Assembly: GCA_963813155.1 (NCBI GenBank)
Contig: CAWEYG010000002.1
Coordinates: 416,001-480,000 of the forward strand
DNA from: an uncultured Acidobacteriota bacterium
Lineage (GTDB): Bacteria; Acidobacteriota; Thermoanaerobaculia; UBA5066; DATFVB01
Reading direction: 5' to 3'
DNA: 64,000 nucleotides
Both the position numbers and the translations under genes were made by a program. Each line of letters begins with the position of its first letter. The stretch's first letter is position 1. A model generated the notes under the pieces. That model saw nothing but the letters and a program-made list of their open reading frames with translations, did no database searches and was not told the DNA's origin. Positions 42,553 to 52,847 of the stretch are shown piece after piece.

Positions 42553-43644
42553 TCACGTGACGTGCTGCGACACATTGAGGAGAAGGCCGGCCGCGATGCA
42601 ATCCGCGACCAGCGCCGACCCGCCGTAGGAGAGGAACGGCAGCGGTATTCCCTTCGTCGGCAGGAGAGTCAGCACGACCCCGACGTTGATCGCCGCCTGC
42701 AGAACGATCATCGCCGTCGCTCCGCCGGCCAGGTAGGCGAGGTAGGGCTCGGGGGCTCGGCGCGCCGCGCGCAGTCCGCGCCACGCCACGACCCCGAAGA
42801 GGCCGAGCACCGCGATCGCGCCCAGGAACCCGAGCTCTTCGCCGACGATCGCGTAAATGAAATCGGTGTGGGGATAGGGAAGGAAGAAGAGTTTCTGACG
42901 CGACTGGCCGAGCCCGTTGCCGGTCCATCCGCCCGTCCCGACGGCGATGAGCGACTGCGCGGCCTGGAACCCTTTTCCGAGCGGGTCCGCCTCCGGGTGG
43001 AGGAACGAGAGGATCCGCTGGCGGCGATAGCTCGCCGAGACCACGAGGATCGCGAGGACGGGAAGGCTCGCGGCGGCGCCGAACGCGAAATACCGTAGCG
43101 GAGCTCCCGCCAGGAAGAAGAGGGCCGCCGCGACGAGCACGAGCGAGGTCGCGGTGCCCAGGTCCGGCTCGGCGAGAACCAGAGCGGTCGCGATCGCGAG
43201 GAAGAACGCGGTCGGCAGGATGCCCTGCACGAAATCGTCGAGCCGGTCTCGCTTGCGGTCGATCTGGTACGCGAGAAAGAGGACGAGCGCGACTTTGAGG
43301 AATTCCGCCGGCTGCAGCGTGAGCTTCCCGAACACGAGCCATCGGCGAGCGGAGTTGATCGGCGGCCGGAAGAGCACGGCCGCGCACAGCAGGAGGCAGA
43401 CCCCGAGCCCCGAATAGACGACCCACGGACGGCGGAAAAACGAGGCGTCGACCCTCGACACGCCGAAAGCCAGGCAGAGCCCGACGGCGAGAGCGATCAG
43501 CTGCTTGAACAGGTAACGGTACGGGTTCCCCCAGAGACGCGCCGCTTCGAGCGCCGACGCGCTGTAGATCATCACGCAGCCGAGCAGCGCGAGGGCGACG
43601 AACGCCGAAAAGAGAATCTTGTCGGACGCGAGCTTACGAGCCAT
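42553..43644 (-). CDS. ftsW: SEDS glycosyltransferase FtsW
   Basis: QPAEFLK, EPDLG, HTDFI, KGIPLPFLSYGGS. Confidence 0.95.
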   Translation of the reverse strand: MARKLASDKILFSAFVALALLGCVMIYSASALEAARLWGNPYRYLFKQLIALAVGLCLAFGVSRVDASFFRRPWVVYSGLGVCLLLCAAVLFRPPINSARRWLVFGKLTLQPAEFLKVALVLFLAYQIDRKRDRLDDFVQGILPTAFFLAIATALVLAEPDLGTATSLVLVAAALFFLAGAPLRYFAFGAAASLPVLAILVVSASYRRQRILSFLHPEADPLGKGFQAAQSLIAVGTGGWTGNGLGQSRQKLFFLPYPHTDFIYAIVGEELGFLGAIAVLGLFGVVAWRGLRAARRAPEPYLAYLAGGATAMIVLQAAINVGVVLTLLPTKGIPLPFLSYGGSALVADCIAAGLLLNVSQHVT

Positions 43645-45019
43645 TGGCCCTCCGGGCGGCCGGCGCCGCGCCCTCGAGCGAACGCACGAGCTCCTCGAAC
43701 CGCTCTCCCCGGTGCTCGAAATCGCGGAATTGATCGAACGAAGCGCACGCCGGGGAAAGCAGGACCGTGTCGCCCGGTCGAGCGAGGCGGGCGCTTTCCT
43801 CGACGGCGCGTTCGAGGGTGCCTGCCCGCCGGACGTCGAGACCTTCGAGCGCGCGTTCGATCGCGTCCGCCGATTGCCCGATCGTCAGGACCACGCGAGC
43901 CGCTCGTCCGGCCTCTCCGCGGAGAATCGAGAAATCGCTGCCCTTCTCGGAGCCGCCGAGAACGAGAATGACACTCCCGTCGCGGTACCCGGCGAGCGAT
44001 TTCACGGTCGCGTCGGGATTCGTCCCCTTCGAATCGTTCACCCATTCGACGCCGCCGATCACGGCGACTCGCCGGCTGCGGTGGGGAAGGCCGGCGAAGG
44101 TCCGGAGACCTCCGGCGATCGCCGGGATCGGCGCGCCGAGACATTGGGCGGCGGCGGCCGCCGCCATCGCGTTTTCCAGGTTGTGAACGCCCGGAAGCGA
44201 GATTTCCGCGACTGGCAGCAGCGCTTCGCGCGCGCCGGAGATCTCGGAGACGAGCTCCCCTTTTTCCGCGTAGATCCCCCCGGCAACGCTCTTCCGCCGC
44301 GAGAATCCGACTCGCCGGGCCGGAGCGGCGAGGCTGGACGCTCCCCGGTCGTCTTCGTTCAAGACCGCGGCATCCGAGCCGCGCTGGTTCTCGAGGATCC
44401 GCGCCTTCGCGGCGGCGTATCTCTCGATTGTCCCGTGCCGGTCGAGGTGGTCCGGCGTGATGTTCGTTACGACCGCGACATCGAGCCGGAGCCGCTCGAT
44501 CGATTCCAGCTGGAACGAGGAGAGCTCCAGAACGAAATCGCGCGGGGCGCGCGACGCGCAGAAGTCGGAGAGGGGTGTGCCGATATTGCCGGCGAGCGCC
44601 GCGGGGCGGCCGGCGCGGCCCAGGAGCTCCGCCGTCCAGGTCGCGACCGTCGATTTGCCGTTCGTGCCCGTGACGCCGACGTAGCGGTTCTTCCCCTCGC
44701 GCTCTTCCTCGAGGATGCGCCACGCGACCTCGACCTCGGACAGAACGGGGATCTCCCGGGATCGCGCCTCGAGCACGGCCGGCGCCGACGTCGGGACCCC
44801 GGGCGAAATCGCGAGCAGCTCGGCTCCCTCCAGAAATGCGGGATCGGGCCCCGAGAAGAAAAGCGCGACGCCCCGCGCCCGCAACTCTCCGGCGGATCGG
44901 ACCTCGGGCTCGGACCGCCGGTCCCCCGCCGAAACCGCGATTCCGCGATCGCGCAGCGCGAGCGCGAGCGACCGACCGCTCCTCGCGAGACCCAGGACGG
45001 CGATTCTCTTCTCCTTCAT
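43634..45019 (-). CDS. murD: UDP-MurNAc-L-Ala--D-glutamate ligase
   Basis: GLARSG, TGTNGKST, LELSSFQLE, NDSKGTN, LSPACASFD. Confidence 0.96.
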   Translation of the reverse strand: MKEKRIAVLGLARSGRSLALALRDRGIAVSAGDRRSEPEVRSAGELRARGVALFFSGPDPAFLEGAELLAISPGVPTSAPAVLEARSREIPVLSEVEVAWRILEEEREGKNRYVGVTGTNGKSTVATWTAELLGRAGRPAALAGNIGTPLSDFCASRAPRDFVLELSSFQLESIERLRLDVAVVTNITPDHLDRHGTIERYAAAKARILENQRGSDAAVLNEDDRGASSLAAPARRVGFSRRKSVAGGIYAEKGELVSEISGAREALLPVAEISLPGVHNLENAMAAAAAAQCLGAPIPAIAGGLRTFAGLPHRSRRVAVIGGVEWVNDSKGTNPDATVKSLAGYRDGSVILVLGGSEKGSDFSILRGEAGRAARVVLTIGQSADAIERALEGLDVRRAGTLERAVEESARLARPGDTVLLSPACASFDQFRDFEHRGERFEELVRSLEGAAPAARRANGS

Positions 45020-46101
45020 CTCAGTTTCAGCGTCGACAGCGCGAGCGTCGCAAAGAGGAGAGACAGGATCCAGAACCGAATGATCACGCGCGGCTCCGCC
45101 CACCCCGCGAGCTCGAAATGGTGGTGGAGCGGCGCCATGCGAAAGATCCTCTTTCCCGTGAGCTTGAAGGAAGCGACCTGGAGGATCACGGAGCCCGCCT
45201 CCAGCACGAACAGCCCGCCCACAATCGTGAGAAGGATCTCCTGCTTCGCCATGACGGCGATGATTCCGATCGCGCCGCCGAGAGGAAGCGAGCCCACGTC
45301 TCCCATGAAGACGTCGGCGGGATGGCAGTTGAACCAGAGAAAGCCGAGCGACGCCCCGACGACCGCTCCGCAGAGGACCGAGAGCTCCCCCGCGTCGGAC
45401 ACGAAGGGCACGCGCAGGTAATGCGCGACGATGGAGTTTCCCGCCACATACGTCAGCACGGCATAGGTGGCCGCGGCAATGCCGACCGCGCCGATCGCGA
45501 GACCGTCGAGCCCGTCCGTGAGGTTGACCGCGTTGGAGGACCCGACGACGACGACGGAAACGAAGGGAACGAACAGAATTCCCAGGTCGAGGTAGGCGTT
45601 CTTGAGAAAAGGAAATGTGAGAACCGTCGAAAGCCGCGGGGCCTGCGGCCAATGCTGAATCAAAAACGCCGCCGCCAGGGTCACGGCGAACTGCAGCAGG
45701 AGTTTCGCGCGGCCGGAAAGCCCGCGGTTGTGCTTGCGCCGGACTTTCGTCCAGTCGTCGAGAAAGCCGATTCCTCCGAGCGCCGCGGTCGTTCCGAGCG
45801 CGATCCAGACATCGCGGGTTCCGAGATCCATCCACAGGAGCGTGGCGAGGAAGATGGAGCCGAGAATGAGCAAGCCCCCCATCGTCGGGGTGCCGGCCTT
45901 TTTGTAGTGCGATTCCGGCCCCTCCTTCCGAACGAATTGCTTCAGCTGCCACGATTTCAGTTTCCGGATGGCCCACGGGCCGAGCCACAGCGACAGGATC
46001 AGCGCCGTCACCGCGGCCATCGCGGTGCGAAACGTGATGTAGCGAAAAACATTGAACGCCGGAAAACGGCTGCGAAGCGGGTAGAGCAGCGCGTCGAGCA
46101 T
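45016..46101 (-). CDS. mraY: Phospho-N-acetylmuramoyl-pentapeptide transferase
   Basis: GTPTMGG, NAVNLTDGLDGL, FMGDVGS, APLHHHFE. Confidence 0.97.
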   Translation of the reverse strand: MLDALLYPLRSRFPAFNVFRYITFRTAMAAVTALILSLWLGPWAIRKLKSWQLKQFVRKEGPESHYKKAGTPTMGGLLILGSIFLATLLWMDLGTRDVWIALGTTAALGGIGFLDDWTKVRRKHNRGLSGRAKLLLQFAVTLAAAFLIQHWPQAPRLSTVLTFPFLKNAYLDLGILFVPFVSVVVVGSSNAVNLTDGLDGLAIGAVGIAAATYAVLTYVAGNSIVAHYLRVPFVSDAGELSVLCGAVVGASLGFLWFNCHPADVFMGDVGSLPLGGAIGIIAVMAKQEILLTIVGGLFVLEAGSVILQVASFKLTGKRIFRMAPLHHHFELAGWAEPRVIIRFWILSLLFATLALSTLKLR

Positions 46102-47462
46102 CAGCCCCGCAGCCCATCGCTGACGAGGTCCAGGCGGATTCCGCGCGAACCCTTGACGAGAACGACGTCGCCCGGCTCGAGGAGCGGCCGGAGGTACGGG
46201 GCCACTTCCGAGGCCTCCGCGAAGTACTCGATCCTGTCGGCCGCGAGGCCCGCGTCGCCGGCTCCCCGGCCGATTTCGCGGGCGAGCGCTCCGACACACA
46301 GCAGCCGGTCGACCCGCTCGGCGGCAAAGGCCCCGACGTCGCGGTGAAGCCGCGCGCCGTCGGCGCCGAGCTCGAGCATGTCGCCCAGGACCGCGATCTT
46401 GCGGGCGCGGCCGCCCGATTCGAAAAGCGCCGCCAGGGCCGCGCGGGCGGCGAGCGGGCTCGAGTTGTACGAATCGTCGATGAGCGTCGCCCCGGAAGGG
46501 AGCAGAACGGTCTTTCCCCGCCGCTCGGGAACCGAGAACGCGTTCGCGGCCCCCGCGACTTCCGAGGCGTGAAAGCCCCACGCGAGCGCCATCGCGGCCG
46601 CGCAAAGAAAATTCGAAACCTGGTGGCGCCCCGTCGCGCCGAGGCGAACCGGCTCGGTTTCCCCTCGCATCGACAACTCGAAGCGCACTTCGCCCAGCTC
46701 GGGAGCCTCGACTCCGAGGGCCGAGACGTCCGCTCCCGCCGTTCCGAACGAAATCTTCTTTCCGCCGTATTCTTTCGCCCGGCGGCTCAGCCGCTCGTCG
46801 TCGGAATTGAACACGAGCGTGCCCTCCGGCGCGAGGCCCTCGACGATCTCCCACTTCGCGTCGGCGATTTCGTCGACGGACGCGAAGTTCTGCCGGTGAG
46901 CCGAGGAAACGTTCGTGATCGCGGCCGTTTCAGGTCGAAAGAGCCGCGACAGAAGGGAGATCTCCCCCGGGTGGCTCATCCCGAACTCGCCGGCGACCGC
47001 CTCGCAGCCCTCCTCCAGGTTCAGGATCGCCATGGGAACGCCGATGCCGCTGTTGAGGTTGCCCTTCGTTTTCCCCGTTCGAAATCGGACGGCGAAGATC
47101 GCGGCCGCCATTTCCTTCGTCGTCGTCTTGCCGACCGACCCCGTCACCGCCGCCAGCCGGAAGCCCGCCTGCCGGCGCTTCTCCGCCGCGAGCTTCTGCA
47201 GGGCTTCGAGCGGATCCGGCACGACGAACAGCGCCCGCGCGCCATTGATCGCCGGCGGCACCCTCGACACGAGGGCCGCCCGGGCGCCCTTTTCGAACGC
47301 GGCACCGACGAATTCGTGACCGTCGACGCGCTCTCCCGGAAGGGCGACGAACAGGTTTCCCGGCTCGACCCGGCGGGAATCGACCGCGACGCCCTCCATC
47401 TCGAAATCCGGCAGGGGCGGCGTTCCCCAGGTCGCGGCGGCCTCTCGCGCGTGGATCTTCAT
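46101..47462 (-). CDS. murF: UDP-MurNAc-tripeptide--D-Ala-D-Ala ligase
   Basis: DSR, TGSVGKTTTK, DDSYNSSP, GDMLELG, KGSRG. Confidence 0.95.
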   Translation of the reverse strand: MKIHAREAAATWGTPPLPDFEMEGVAVDSRRVEPGNLFVALPGERVDGHEFVGAAFEKGARAALVSRVPPAINGARALFVVPDPLEALQKLAAEKRRQAGFRLAAVTGSVGKTTTKEMAAAIFAVRFRTGKTKGNLNSGIGVPMAILNLEEGCEAVAGEFGMSHPGEISLLSRLFRPETAAITNVSSAHRQNFASVDEIADAKWEIVEGLAPEGTLVFNSDDERLSRRAKEYGGKKISFGTAGADVSALGVEAPELGEVRFELSMRGETEPVRLGATGRHQVSNFLCAAAMALAWGFHASEVAGAANAFSVPERRGKTVLLPSGATLIDDSYNSSPLAARAALAALFESGGRARKIAVLGDMLELGADGARLHRDVGAFAAERVDRLLCVGALAREIGRGAGDAGLAADRIEYFAEASEVAPYLRPLLEPGDVVLVKGSRGIRLDLVSDGLRG

Positions 47463-48955
47463 GAAACGCCGGATTTCCGGAGACGCGCGGCGAATTCCGC
47501 GGCGACGGCGCGGTCGTCGAACGGATCCGACCGGTTGCCGATGACCTGAACCGTCTCGTGACCCTTTCCCGCGATGACGACGATCGAACGCGAGTTGGCG
47601 AGCTCGATCGCTTTCTCGATCGCCTCGCGCCGGTCGACGAACTTCAGGTACTTCGACGCGCCGCCGTTCCGCAGCCCCGCCTCCACTTCCCGGAGGATCT
47701 CGGCCGGGTCTTCGCCCCGGGGATTGTCGGACGTCGCGATCGGAATGTCGGAGAGCTCGGCTGCGGCTCGGCCCATCGGCTCGCGCTTGCCGCGGTCGCG
47801 GTCGCCTCCGCACCCGAAAACGAGAATGATCGTCCGATCCGTGAGCTCGCGGACTCCCGACAGGAGCCTTCGGAGCGCGTCTTCCGTGTGCGCGTAGTCG
47901 ACGAGAATCGTGAACGGCTGCCCGGCGTCGACCCTTTCCATCCGGCCGGGCGCTCCACGGCTTTTCCCCAGCGCCGCGCGAATCGTGCCGGGCTCGATCC
48001 CCAGAGCGCGCGAGGCGGCCCAGGCGCCGAGCAGGTTCTCGACGTTGAAGCGGCCGACGAGCGGGCTCTCGATCTTCTGCTCCCGCGCCCCGGGGGCAAG
48101 CGCCGTTCCCTCGACCCGAAAGCTCGTCCCTTCGAGGCCGACGGAGATCCCCACCGCACGGAAATCCGCTGAGGGTTTTCCGGAGGGGGAGAACGAGAAC
48201 CGGGGACCCGCGATCCGCTCGAAGAGCCCCGCGCCGAACGGGTCGTCGATGTTCACGATCCCAACGCCCCCCTCCTTTCGAAAACCGAAGAGCCGGGCCT
48301 TGGCGGCGCCGTAATTTTCGAGCGTCCCGTGAAAATCGAGATGGTCGCGCGTCAGGTTCGTGAACACGGCCGCGTCGAACCGCAGTCCGGCCACCCGCTC
48401 CAGCGAAAGCGCGTGCGAAGAGACCTCCATCGCGCACGCGGGAACGCGCTCGGCGACCATTTGCGCGAGCGCCTCCGCGAGGACGTCCCCCTCGGGCGTC
48501 GTGCGGGGCGCCTCGAGACTGCGGCCGCCCCAGCGGTAACCGGTGGTTCCGAGAAATCCCGACGCTCCCCAGGCCTCGCGAAACACGTCGGAGAGAAGAA
48601 CGGCCGTCGTCGTCTTTCCGTTCGTGCCCGTGATTCCGGCCAGACGAAGGTGTCGCGCCGGGTCGCCGAGCGCCCGCGAGCTCAGGACCGCCGCCGCGAG
48701 CCGAGCGTTCGAAACGCGCACCCAGGGAACGGAGAGGGGCTCGGCGGGACGCGCCGACTCCGCGGCGACCGCGGCCGCGCCCCGACCGATCGCGCTCCGG
48801 GCGAAGTCCATGCCGTTCGCCTTTTCCCCGCGGATCGCCACGAACAGCGAGCCGCTCCCGGCGCGGCGGGAGTCGGAGACGACCGAGGAAATTTCGGGAT
48901 CGGGGGGCGGTTGGAAATCGGAGGGGTAGTCCGCGAGCAATTCCGTCAACCTCAT
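47459..48955 (-). CDS. murE: UDP-MurNAc-dipeptide--meso-DAP ligase
   Basis: TGTNGKTT, MEVSSH, DYAHT, DNPR (DAP-type), GKGHE. Confidence 0.96.
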   Translation of the reverse strand: MRLTELLADYPSDFQPPPDPEISSVVSDSRRAGSGSLFVAIRGEKANGMDFARSAIGRGAAAVAAESARPAEPLSVPWVRVSNARLAAAVLSSRALGDPARHLRLAGITGTNGKTTTAVLLSDVFREAWGASGFLGTTGYRWGGRSLEAPRTTPEGDVLAEALAQMVAERVPACAMEVSSHALSLERVAGLRFDAAVFTNLTRDHLDFHGTLENYGAAKARLFGFRKEGGVGIVNIDDPFGAGLFERIAGPRFSFSPSGKPSADFRAVGISVGLEGTSFRVEGTALAPGAREQKIESPLVGRFNVENLLGAWAASRALGIEPGTIRAALGKSRGAPGRMERVDAGQPFTILVDYAHTEDALRRLLSGVRELTDRTIILVFGCGGDRDRGKREPMGRAAAELSDIPIATSDNPRGEDPAEILREVEAGLRNGGASKYLKFVDRREAIEKAIELANSRSIVVIAGKGHETVQVIGNRSDPFDDRAVAAEFAARLRKSGVS

Positions 48956-50925
48956 GGGGAGGAGGATCCCGAGAGCTGGAGCCGGCACGAATCGCCCGGA
49001 ACGACCGGCGACCCCGACTCGGGGTCCTGCGAGACGACGAATCCCGAACCCGTCAACTTCGCTTCGACACCCCGCCGGGACAACTCCGCGATCGCGACGC
49101 GGGCCGGGAGACCGATCAGGTCGGGCATGCGATCGGCCGTTTCCGCCGCGGAGCCGCGGGACAGCGCGGCCGGCACGACGCCGGAGGCGAAAACCGGCCT
49201 CCTCTGAGCGACCTGAATCGGCGGCGCCGCGGGCGCGGGCACGACCGACCCCGACGGCGGAACTCCGAGCATCGGAAGCATCCGGGAGAGGATTCGCCCG
49301 AAGACGGGCGCCGCGACTTCGCTCGCGAAATACTGCCCGCGGGGCTCGTCGATCGTCACGACGAGCGTGACACGCGGATCGTCGGCCGGGGCGAACCCGG
49401 CAAACGTCGCGACGAACTTGTCCCGCGAATAGCCGTGGCCGATCGCCTTTTGCGCGGTCCCCGTCTTCCCCGCGACGAGGTAGCCCTCCGCGGCCGCCCT
49501 CTTGCCCGTGCCTTCGACGACGACGCTGCGCAGGATGTCGTTCATTGCCGACACGGTCGACGCCGACAGGACGCGCTGCGGCGGAAACGGGGGCGCCGCC
49601 GATTCCCCGCCGTCGGGGTCGATCGTGCGAGCGCGGATCCTGGGCCGAACGCGGTACCCTCCGTTCGCGATGACGGACATCGCCACCCCGATCTGTACCG
49701 GAGTGACCGAGACTTCCTGGCCGTAGGAGATCGACGCGTTCGAAAGCAGGCTCCATTGCGAGACCTGCCTCAGGATTCCGGCGTTTTCCCCCGGCAGGTC
49801 GATGCCGGTGGATTCGCCGACGCCAAAGGAACGGACCGCCGAATACATCCTCTGCGGCCCGAGGCGAAGACCGAGCCTCACCATGCCGACGTTCGACGAT
49901 TTCGCGATCACCTGCGAGAACGGAATGATCCCGTAGCGCTCGTGCTCGGCGTCATGAATGACGAAATTTCCAACCTGAATCGAGCCCTGGCCGCAGTCCA
50001 CGGGATCCGCGGGCGCCGCGATTCCCGACTCGATCATCGCGGAGCCGGTGATCACTTTGAACACGGAGCCCGGCTCGTAGCTGTTCGTGATCGGAAGATT
50101 GCGCCAGTCCGACGGGGAAAATTGAGAATACCGGTTCGGGTCGAACGTGGGAAACGAAGCCATCGCGAGCACGTCGCCGGTGCGCGGATCCATCGCGACG
50201 ACGCTGCCGTCCCGGGCGCCCGTCTCGGCGATCGCGCGCGCGAGCTCCTGCTCGGCCACGAATTGCAGGTCCCGGTCGAGCGTGAGAACGATCGCCGACC
50301 CCTGCCGCCCCTCCCGGCCGGGGATCGGCGTCAGGGCGTACCCTTCCTGGCGAGCATCGCGCGAGACGCGCATCTCGCCTTCGCGGCCCCGGATCGAGCC
50401 GTCGTATTCGAATTCGACGCCGCCCAGCCCCTCGCCGTCGAGCCCCACGTACCCGAGCACGTTCGCAGCGAGGGACTCGTTGGGATAGAAGCGGCGAACC
50501 TCCGGCAGAAGGTCGATGCCCGGAAGCTTTCGCTGGCGGAGCCTGTCGGCGGTGGAATCGTCGATCTTCCGCGCGACCCACGTGAAAGCCTTGTCGGCCG
50601 TGAGCTTCGCGAGGACCTCGCGCGCGGGAATGCCGAGGATCGCCGCGAGCTCGCGGGCCTCGGCGGTGGGGTTCGTGACCTTGTCGGGCACGGCGAACGC
50701 CGAGAAGGCTTCCACCGAGATCGCCAGCTCGCGGTTCGCGCGGTCGAAGATCGAGCCGCGGCGGGGCGAAAGCCGGACCGTGCGCTCCTGCTGCTGCCGG
50801 GCGCGCGAGCGGTAGGCGGGCCCCCGGACGATCTGCACCTGCGCGAGCCGGAACCCCACGGAGACCCCCCAGAGCCCGAGAAGGATCCCGAAGGCGGCGA
50901 GCCTTTTCGGCGAGATGCCGTTCAT
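48952..50925 (-). CDS. ftsI: Penicillin-binding protein FtsI with C-terminal PASTA domain
   Basis: EPGSVFK (SxxK), SSN, KTG; PASTA-like MPDLIG. Confidence 0.93.
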   Translation of the reverse strand: MNGISPKRLAAFGILLGLWGVSVGFRLAQVQIVRGPAYRSRARQQQERTVRLSPRRGSIFDRANRELAISVEAFSAFAVPDKVTNPTAEARELAAILGIPAREVLAKLTADKAFTWVARKIDDSTADRLRQRKLPGIDLLPEVRRFYPNESLAANVLGYVGLDGEGLGGVEFEYDGSIRGREGEMRVSRDARQEGYALTPIPGREGRQGSAIVLTLDRDLQFVAEQELARAIAETGARDGSVVAMDPRTGDVLAMASFPTFDPNRYSQFSPSDWRNLPITNSYEPGSVFKVITGSAMIESGIAAPADPVDCGQGSIQVGNFVIHDAEHERYGIIPFSQVIAKSSNVGMVRLGLRLGPQRMYSAVRSFGVGESTGIDLPGENAGILRQVSQWSLLSNASISYGQEVSVTPVQIGVAMSVIANGGYRVRPRIRARTIDPDGGESAAPPFPPQRVLSASTVSAMNDILRSVVVEGTGKRAAAEGYLVAGKTGTAQKAIGHGYSRDKFVATFAGFAPADDPRVTLVVTIDEPRGQYFASEVAAPVFGRILSRMLPMLGVPPSGSVVPAPAAPPIQVAQRRPVFASGVVPAALSRGSAAETADRMPDLIGLPARVAIAELSRRGVEAKLTGSGFVVSQDPESGSPVVPGDSCRLQLSGSSSP

Positions 50926-51269
50926 GGCTTCCCGGCTTTCGAAACGAAATAGACCTGCCCCGGTTTCGCCGCCACCAGGTTCGCCTTGCGGGCGAATTCG
51001 GCCGCCCGCTCGGGGTTCGTGTCGGCCGCCATCCGGAGGACGAGCTTCTGCCGCGCTTCCTGCAGCCGGGCGACCGTTCGCCGGCCCCGATCGATCTCGT
51101 ATCCGACCTGGACCGTCTGCAGGTGAAGCCCGGTGTACGTCAGCAGGGCCACGGCGACGGGCAGCACGGCGGCGACCAGGGCGAGCAGCTCTTTCCCGCG
51201 GCGGCCGTCGCGCTCCCGGGCGACCCGGGAATTTTCGACGCGTTTGAATTCGGCATAGACCGAGCTCAT
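50922..51269 (-). CDS. ftsL: Cell division protein FtsL
   Basis: Short TM + coiled-coil protein between rsmH and ftsI. Confidence 0.75.
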   Translation of the reverse strand: MSSVYAEFKRVENSRVARERDGRRGKELLALVAAVLPVAVALLTYTGLHLQTVQVGYEIDRGRRTVARLQEARQKLVLRMAADTNPERAAEFARKANLVAAKPGQVYFVSKAGKP

Positions 51270-52195
51270 GGCCTCGCCGAGACCCTCTCGGCCACCCGAA
51301 GCCGCGCGCTGCGCGACCGGGGGTTGCGGTCGATTTCCGCGGCGGACGTGCGGATCGGCCGGCGCGTCAGGATCTTCAGGATCCGCTCTCCCCCGCAGAC
51401 GCAAACCGGCAGCGCCGGGGGACACTGGCATCCGGAAGACTCCCTTCGAAAGTAGTCCTTCACGATGCGATCCTCGAGGGAGTGGTAGGAGAGCATGGCG
51501 AGCCGCCCTTCGAGCTCGAGCCTCTCGACGGCGGTCTTCAGGAAGCGCGAGAGGGACGCGAGCTCCTGGTTGACTTCGATCCGCAGGGCCTGGAACACCC
51601 GCGTGGCGGGATCGATCTTTCCGCCCCGTCCGACGACTCCCTCGACGAGAGTCGCGAGTTGCCGCGTCGTCAGGATCGGGTTCGTCTCCCGTTCCTTGAC
51701 GATCCTCTGCGCGATCTTGTACGCCATTCTTTCCTCCCCGTATTCGCGAAATATTCGCGTCAGCTCCGGCACGTCGCCGCGAGCGACGATGTCGGCTGCG
51801 GTTTCGCCCGCCGAGCCCATCCGCATGTCGAGGGGACCGTCGCGCCGAAAGGAGAATCCCCGGGACCCCTCGTCGATCTGCATCGAAGAAACTCCCAGGT
51901 CGGCAAGAATGCCGAGCGCTCCGCGCTCCCCCGCCTCGTCCATGGCCTCTCCCAGCTCCACGAAATTCCCAAGATGGAAAACCACACGCCCGCGAAACGG
52001 GGCGAGACGCTCGCGGCAGATGGCGAGCGCCGCGGGGTCGCGGTCCAGGGCGAGAAGCCGCACTCCCGGATCGGCCTCGAGGAGCGCCGCCGCGTGGCCG
52101 CCCGCGCCCGCCGTCGCATCGACGAAAAGACCCTCGCGGGGCGAGAGGAGTTGCACCGTCTCTTGGAGGAGAACGGGAGCGTGCGGAGCACCCAT
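51266..52195 (-). CDS. rsmH: 16S rRNA C1402 N4-methyltransferase
   Basis: HAPVLL, DATAGAGGH, DLGVSSMQ, FQALRIEVN, HSLEDR. Confidence 0.97.
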   Translation of the reverse strand: MGAPHAPVLLQETVQLLSPREGLFVDATAGAGGHAAALLEADPGVRLLALDRDPAALAICRERLAPFRGRVVFHLGNFVELGEAMDEAGERGALGILADLGVSSMQIDEGSRGFSFRRDGPLDMRMGSAGETAADIVARGDVPELTRIFREYGEERMAYKIAQRIVKERETNPILTTRQLATLVEGVVGRGGKIDPATRVFQALRIEVNQELASLSRFLKTAVERLELEGRLAMLSYHSLEDRIVKDYFRRESSGCQCPPALPVCVCGGERILKILTRRPIRTSAAEIDRNPRSRSARLRVAERVSARP

Positions 52196-52201
52196 GTCGA
52201 C

Positions 52202-52648
52202 CTAAAGCAACAGCTTCGAGAGTTCGTCGTAGTCCTCCACCGTGAAGTTTTCGGTCGCCATGCGATCGCGCGTGGCTCCCCGGTCGGTCACGACGAGATG
52301 GTCGATGTTTCCGGTGACGACGACGTCGCCCGACAGGCCGGAGGTTTCGCGGAGGATCGCGGGAAGCAGCGTGCGCCCCTGTCCGTCGAGCTTTTCCTGC
52401 TGCCCGAAATAGTTGACCCTCTCGAGGAACTTCATCTTCGAGCGGTGAACCGCCGGAGCCGCGACGAGGCGCTCTTCGATCGTCTGCCACACGGAAAGGG
52501 GATAAACGAGACCCTCCTTGCCGTGAATCGACGTGACGAAGAGATCGTTTCCGAACGCTTCTTCGATCTGACGCCGAAAGACGTTCGGAATCTTGAGCCG
52601 GCCTTTCTCGTCGATCGAGGCCGGTGCGCTACCCCGAAACCGATCCAT
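52202..52648 (-). CDS. mraZ: Division/cell-wall cluster transcriptional repressor MraZ
   Basis: Two SpoVT/AbrB motifs DEKGR and DGQGR. Confidence 0.93.
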   Translation of the reverse strand: MDRFRGSAPASIDEKGRLKIPNVFRRQIEEAFGNDLFVTSIHGKEGLVYPLSVWQTIEERLVAAPAVHRSKMKFLERVNYFGQQEKLDGQGRTLLPAILRETSGLSGDVVVTGNIDHLVVTDRGATRDRMATENFTVEDYDELSKLLL

Positions 52649-52653
52649 CGGGA

Positions 52654-52687
52654 CCACTCCTATCCACTTTTACCCAGAATTACCCAC
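52654..52687 (-). promoter_or_regulatory. MraZ-binding repeats
   Basis: Minus-strand GTGG/CTGG/GTGG/GTGG at exact 10-nt spacing (52684, 52674, 52664, 52654). Confidence 0.8.
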
Positions 52688-52691
52688 GAGC

Positions 52692-52721
52692 ATGTTAGGG
52701 TTCGGCGCTCGTAACAGTCAA
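52692..52721 (-). promoter_or_regulatory. Sigma70-type promoter of the dcw cluster
   Basis: TTGACT-18 nt-TAACAT directly upstream of the MraZ repeats. Confidence 0.65.
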
Positions 52722-52760
52722 GATAAAAAAGGGGTTGCGCGGAGATCCGGGCGTAAGGAA

Positions 52761-52781
52761 GGCGTCAGGCGTCAGGCGTCA
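52761..52781. repeat. Heptamer tandem repeat (GGCGTCA)x3
   Basis: Direct reading: ggcgtca ggcgtca ggcgtca. Confidence 0.85.
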
Positions 52782-52847
52782 GACCCTGGCAGTGGTCTAG
52801 TTTGAATCATCAGCATCGGACGGGTTAGCGGATAATCCGCCGTACTC

